Of a DNA stretch of 54,653 bases, positions 51,376 to 54,653 are shown piece after piece. The DNA comes from a virus: positions 1 to 54,653 of IMG/VR virus record IMGVR_UViG_3300029132_000006; one strand, given 5' to 3'. The notes under the pieces are model-generated. The model was not told where the DNA came from. It saw only the letters and a program-made list of their open reading frames with translations, and ran no database searches. The position numbers were made by a program, and so were the translations under genes. The first letter of the stretch is position 1. The number at the start of each line of letters is the position of its first letter.

Positions 51376-51660
51376 CTAATACCTTGATATTTCTATCTCA
51401 CTGTTCAATATAGAATTAAGTTCCTTGCTAAGTAAATCAAGCTCCCGTTTCACCAATAATTGAGCTTCGCTTATCGCACTCATTATAGATGTACTGTTTA
51501 ATTTTCTATCCACAATACCTAGTGTCTGACAATTCATATATAGTGTTTCTCCACAACCACATAGTGTATGAACACATATACCTAATCTTTTATTGTCGCC
51601 TCTGTAGATAGTTCCTGTTTCAACTGGCTCTCCATATTTTGCATTACTTATATACTTCAT
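51376..51660 (-). CDS. Hypothetical protein.
   Basis: Start refined behind GGAGAG. Confidence 0.5.
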   Translation of the reverse strand: MKYISNAKYGEPVETGTIYRGDNKRLGICVHTLCGCGETLYMNCQTLGIVDRKLNSTSIMSAISEAQLLVKRELDLLSKELNSILNSEIEISRY

Positions 51661-51668
51661 ATTCTCTC

Positions 51669-52016
51669 CTATTCCGCTTCTGATTGAAGCCAATCCATAC
51701 AACTAGCTTCTCCTTCGTATTCCTCCCCGAATGCGTTTTTAAATCCGACAAGAAATTCTGCCAACTCTTCATCCGACATATTCCTTATCCTGTCGGCATT
51801 GGTTGTTGTGAATTTAGATGAGGTAATCTCCATCGTCACATCCGTAATAAGTCCATCTCCATAACCATCTAGCTTTACAGATTCAATACTGCCAGCAAAA
51901 ATGCCATTTAAAGATAAATCCAACATTCTCGGTTTTCCTGTAGCACCATATCTATTTTCTTTTGTATCAAGAATTTTTATCAAATCACTAACTGTTAAAA
52001 TTTTCACTTTTCTCAC
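51669..52016 (-). CDS. Hypothetical protein.
   Basis: Track ORF. Confidence 0.5.
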   Translation of the reverse strand: MRKVKILTVSDLIKILDTKENRYGATGKPRMLDLSLNGIFAGSIESVKLDGYGDGLITDVTMEITSSKFTTTNADRIRNMSDEELAEFLVGFKNAFGEEYEGEASCMDWLQSEAE

Positions 52017-52438
52017 TCCTCTCTATCACTTTCCACAAGTTCAAAACACTCATCACGCCATTTCAATACATTATCAATATTGAATGAACTGTAACCTATA
52101 TGATAATAATATTCGCCGACTTTTTTGTACTTGATTTCGTAATATGGCTTGTTGTCTATCATCCTTACAATAATTTCCAGAGATGTAACTTTGTTTTTTG
52201 TATCATCATTTTCTGAAACTTTACTATCACACCTGCAACAAGGCTCATTGCCCCTTGAATTGTTGTTATGCTTGCAGTTGCAGGTGTGAACATCATCAAC
52301 CCCACTTCTTAATTCAGCTAACTTGTTGTAAAAATGCCTGACATATTCATCTGTATAATTGCCATATATCTTTTTAAATTTATTAAATTCATATATAGCA
52401 TTGTCTTCTGCTAGTTCTCTTATATCTTCTTTACTCAT
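52013..52438 (-). CDS. Hypothetical protein.
   Basis: Track ORF. Confidence 0.5.
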   Translation of the reverse strand: MSKEDIRELAEDNAIYEFNKFKKIYGNYTDEYVRHFYNKLAELRSGVDDVHTCNCKHNNNSRGNEPCCRCDSKVSENDDTKNKVTSLEIIVRMIDNKPYYEIKYKKVGEYYYHIGYSSFNIDNVLKWRDECFELVESDREE

Positions 52439-52450
52439 TTTCTCAACCTC

Positions 52451-52594
52451 TCAATTCCTGTTAATTAACTCTTCGACTTCGCACTCATCGCTTTCGCTGT
52501 TATAAGGACACACTTCACAGCCACAAGGCGTGTCTGAAACTGTGTCGCATAATATCCTTATTATCTCAATTAAATTTTCTTTGCTATCTTCCAT
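52451..52594 (-). CDS. Hypothetical 47-aa Cys-containing acidic protein.
   Basis: GAGAGGTGA RBS; fills the gap. Confidence 0.45.
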   Translation of the reverse strand: MEDSKENLIEIIRILCDTVSDTPCGCEVCPYNSESDECEVEELINRN

Positions 52595-52596
52595 TT

Positions 52597-52767
52597 CTAT
52601 TCACCTCTCAATTCTTTCAGTTTTGCTTCCGCTTCTTCCTTAACATTTACAGTACCATCGGCAATAGCTTCTTTAATAATCAAAGTATTGTATCTTTCAA
52701 GGCTGATTGTTATTGCTTTATCCTCACACTCTCTTGTGTTTCCTAAAATATCTTTGTATTTAGCCAT
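52597..52767 (-). CDS. Hypothetical 56-aa protein.
   Basis: Start refined to MAKYKDIL behind AAAGGAG, which removes the overlap with 52781..53110. Confidence 0.45.
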   Translation of the reverse strand: MAKYKDILGNTRECEDKAITISLERYNTLIIKEAIADGTVNVKEEAEAKLKELRGE

Positions 52768-52780
52768 ATCTTGCTCCTTT

Positions 52781-53110
52781 CTAAAACGGACACGCATTTT
52801 TACTTTGCATTTCATTAAGCATATCTTCCATTTCTTTAATAAATCCATCAAAGCAATGCTTTATAAATTTTTCTTCTTCCGAAGTGTACGATTTTCTTAA
52901 ACCACAATACCCAAAATCTTCATACTGGCATTTATAGCAGTAATCAACGTGAAGTATCTTTGTTGCCTGCGAATACAATTCCCACATTTCCTCGAAATTA
53001 TTTCTACACTTTGATTTCTTGGCTTTAGAGATGTAATGCCTTAATGCGTTTTGTTCTGTCATATATTTTTCGCCTGTAATCAAGTTTGTATATCTACTCA
53101 AAACAGACAT
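52781..53110 (-). CDS. Hypothetical protein.
   Basis: Track ORF. Confidence 0.5.
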   Translation of the reverse strand: MSVLSRYTNLITGEKYMTEQNALRHYISKAKKSKCRNNFEEMWELYSQATKILHVDYCYKCQYEDFGYCGLRKSYTSEEEKFIKHCFDGFIKEMEDMLNEMQSKNACPF

Positions 53111-53829
53111 TCATCTCCTTTCCTTAAAATCCAACTCTTGCCCTGTTCTGCAACATCTACATTCACCCCATTTACGGCATTTTTCATCTTCTCGATAAAA
53201 CTATCCTTATCAGCATTTTCACTTGACAAATGACACATTATGACATTCTGCAAGCTGTCTGAATCGTTAGCTTTAACAAAATCGCAAGCGGTATCAATGG
53301 ATAAGTGACCTCTGAAAACGTGGTTAGCTTTGCCTGTGTTGTCTCTGTCGATTAAATTCTTGTCATAATTCACACCTAAGAGAATGTGGTTTATGTCTTT
53401 AAACTTCCACTTGACAACCTCGCAATCGGTTATGTAAAGCATTCTTCCCATTTCGTTGTGTGTAATCAGAAAGCCGAATATCGGGCAAGGTGTTCCATCT
53501 GCATTTGTATGCGTCCAGCTTCCATCTATCGTTGTTAGGTCAAACGCTCTTACAGTAAAATAAGAATTTGCTAGAAACTGATTCATAAGTAAAGTTTCGT
53601 ATGGCTTACATACGGGAATACCCATAGTTTCAAAATCTTTTAATGACTTGCTGTGGTCAAGGTGCTTATGGGTGCATAAGACACCCACAACATCTTTAAT
53701 ATTCCAATCTAAGCCTTTTTTAATCTCCTTAATCGGTATTCCACAATCAAGGATAAGTGTTTCTCCGCTGTTGGAAGTTAGCAGATAGCAATTTCCGGCT
53801 GATGATGAGCCTAAACATTTTAGCTTCAT
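53098..53829 (-). CDS. Metallo-beta-lactamase-fold hydrolase/nuclease.
   Basis: LGSSSAGNCYLL...ILDCG...THKHLDH (HxHxDH motif). Confidence 0.8.
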   Translation of the reverse strand: MKLKCLGSSSAGNCYLLTSNSGETLILDCGIPIKEIKKGLDWNIKDVVGVLCTHKHLDHSKSLKDFETMGIPVCKPYETLLMNQFLANSYFTVRAFDLTTIDGSWTHTNADGTPCPIFGFLITHNEMGRMLYITDCEVVKWKFKDINHILLGVNYDKNLIDRDNTGKANHVFRGHLSIDTACDFVKANDSDSLQNVIMCHLSSENADKDSFIEKMKNAVNGVNVDVAEQGKSWILRKGDECLF

Positions 53830-53841
53830 AAAATTACTTCC

Positions 53842-54653
<812 letters not shown>

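Overview
The window is one complete, closed phage genome. Bases 1-98 are identical to 54556-54653, so the unique length is 54,555 bp. It looks like an AT-rich temperate siphovirus of a Firmicutes/Clostridia-type host. Standard genetic code fits, coding density is high, and almost every gene is on the minus strand.

Reading down the minus strand, the layout is:
- Early/recombination-replication arm, 7455 down through the junction to about 45433: antirepressor, tandem-OB SSB-like protein, SMC/Rad50-like ATPase, RecT, PAPS-reductase-like gene spanning the junction, MBL-fold hydrolase, canonical SSB, GIY-YIG nuclease, orphan DNA methyltransferase, replisome organizer and G39P-like loader.
- Excisionase-like fusion protein, tyrosine integrase, and an attP-like repeat field (43.4-43.8 kb).
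- An 8-gene low-complexity cargo operon (39957-43379).
- A roughly 4-kb accessory island (35.4-39.9 kb): plus-strand genes, two tRNA-like minihelices, an isolated terS, and repeat-dense ORF-free DNA.
- MazG and two tRNAs flanking a 438-nt structured spacer.
- About 15 mini-genes, many of them CxxC zinc ribbons.
- terL, portal, scaffold, capsid, head-tail genes with an embedded XhlA-like/holin pair, major tail protein, frameshifted chaperone, tape measure, tail/fiber, and GH25 endolysin.
- A plus-strand immunity island (7512-8455).

The observations most worth follow-up are:
- an in-frame (ACAG)10 repeat inside the PAPS-reductase-like gene, exactly at the assembly break;
- a tRNA with a UUA (ochre-reading) anticodon;
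- the structured inter-tRNA spacer;
- two T-arm/acceptor tRNA-like elements;
- the integrase-adjacent Q/N-, G/N-, Cys- and Tyr-rich operon;
- a strongly promoted antisense hydrophobic mini-ORF in the immunity region.

All functional calls rest on motifs I recognise by eye and on gene order. No database search was run. Coordinates of features not in the ORF track may be off by 1-2 nt.
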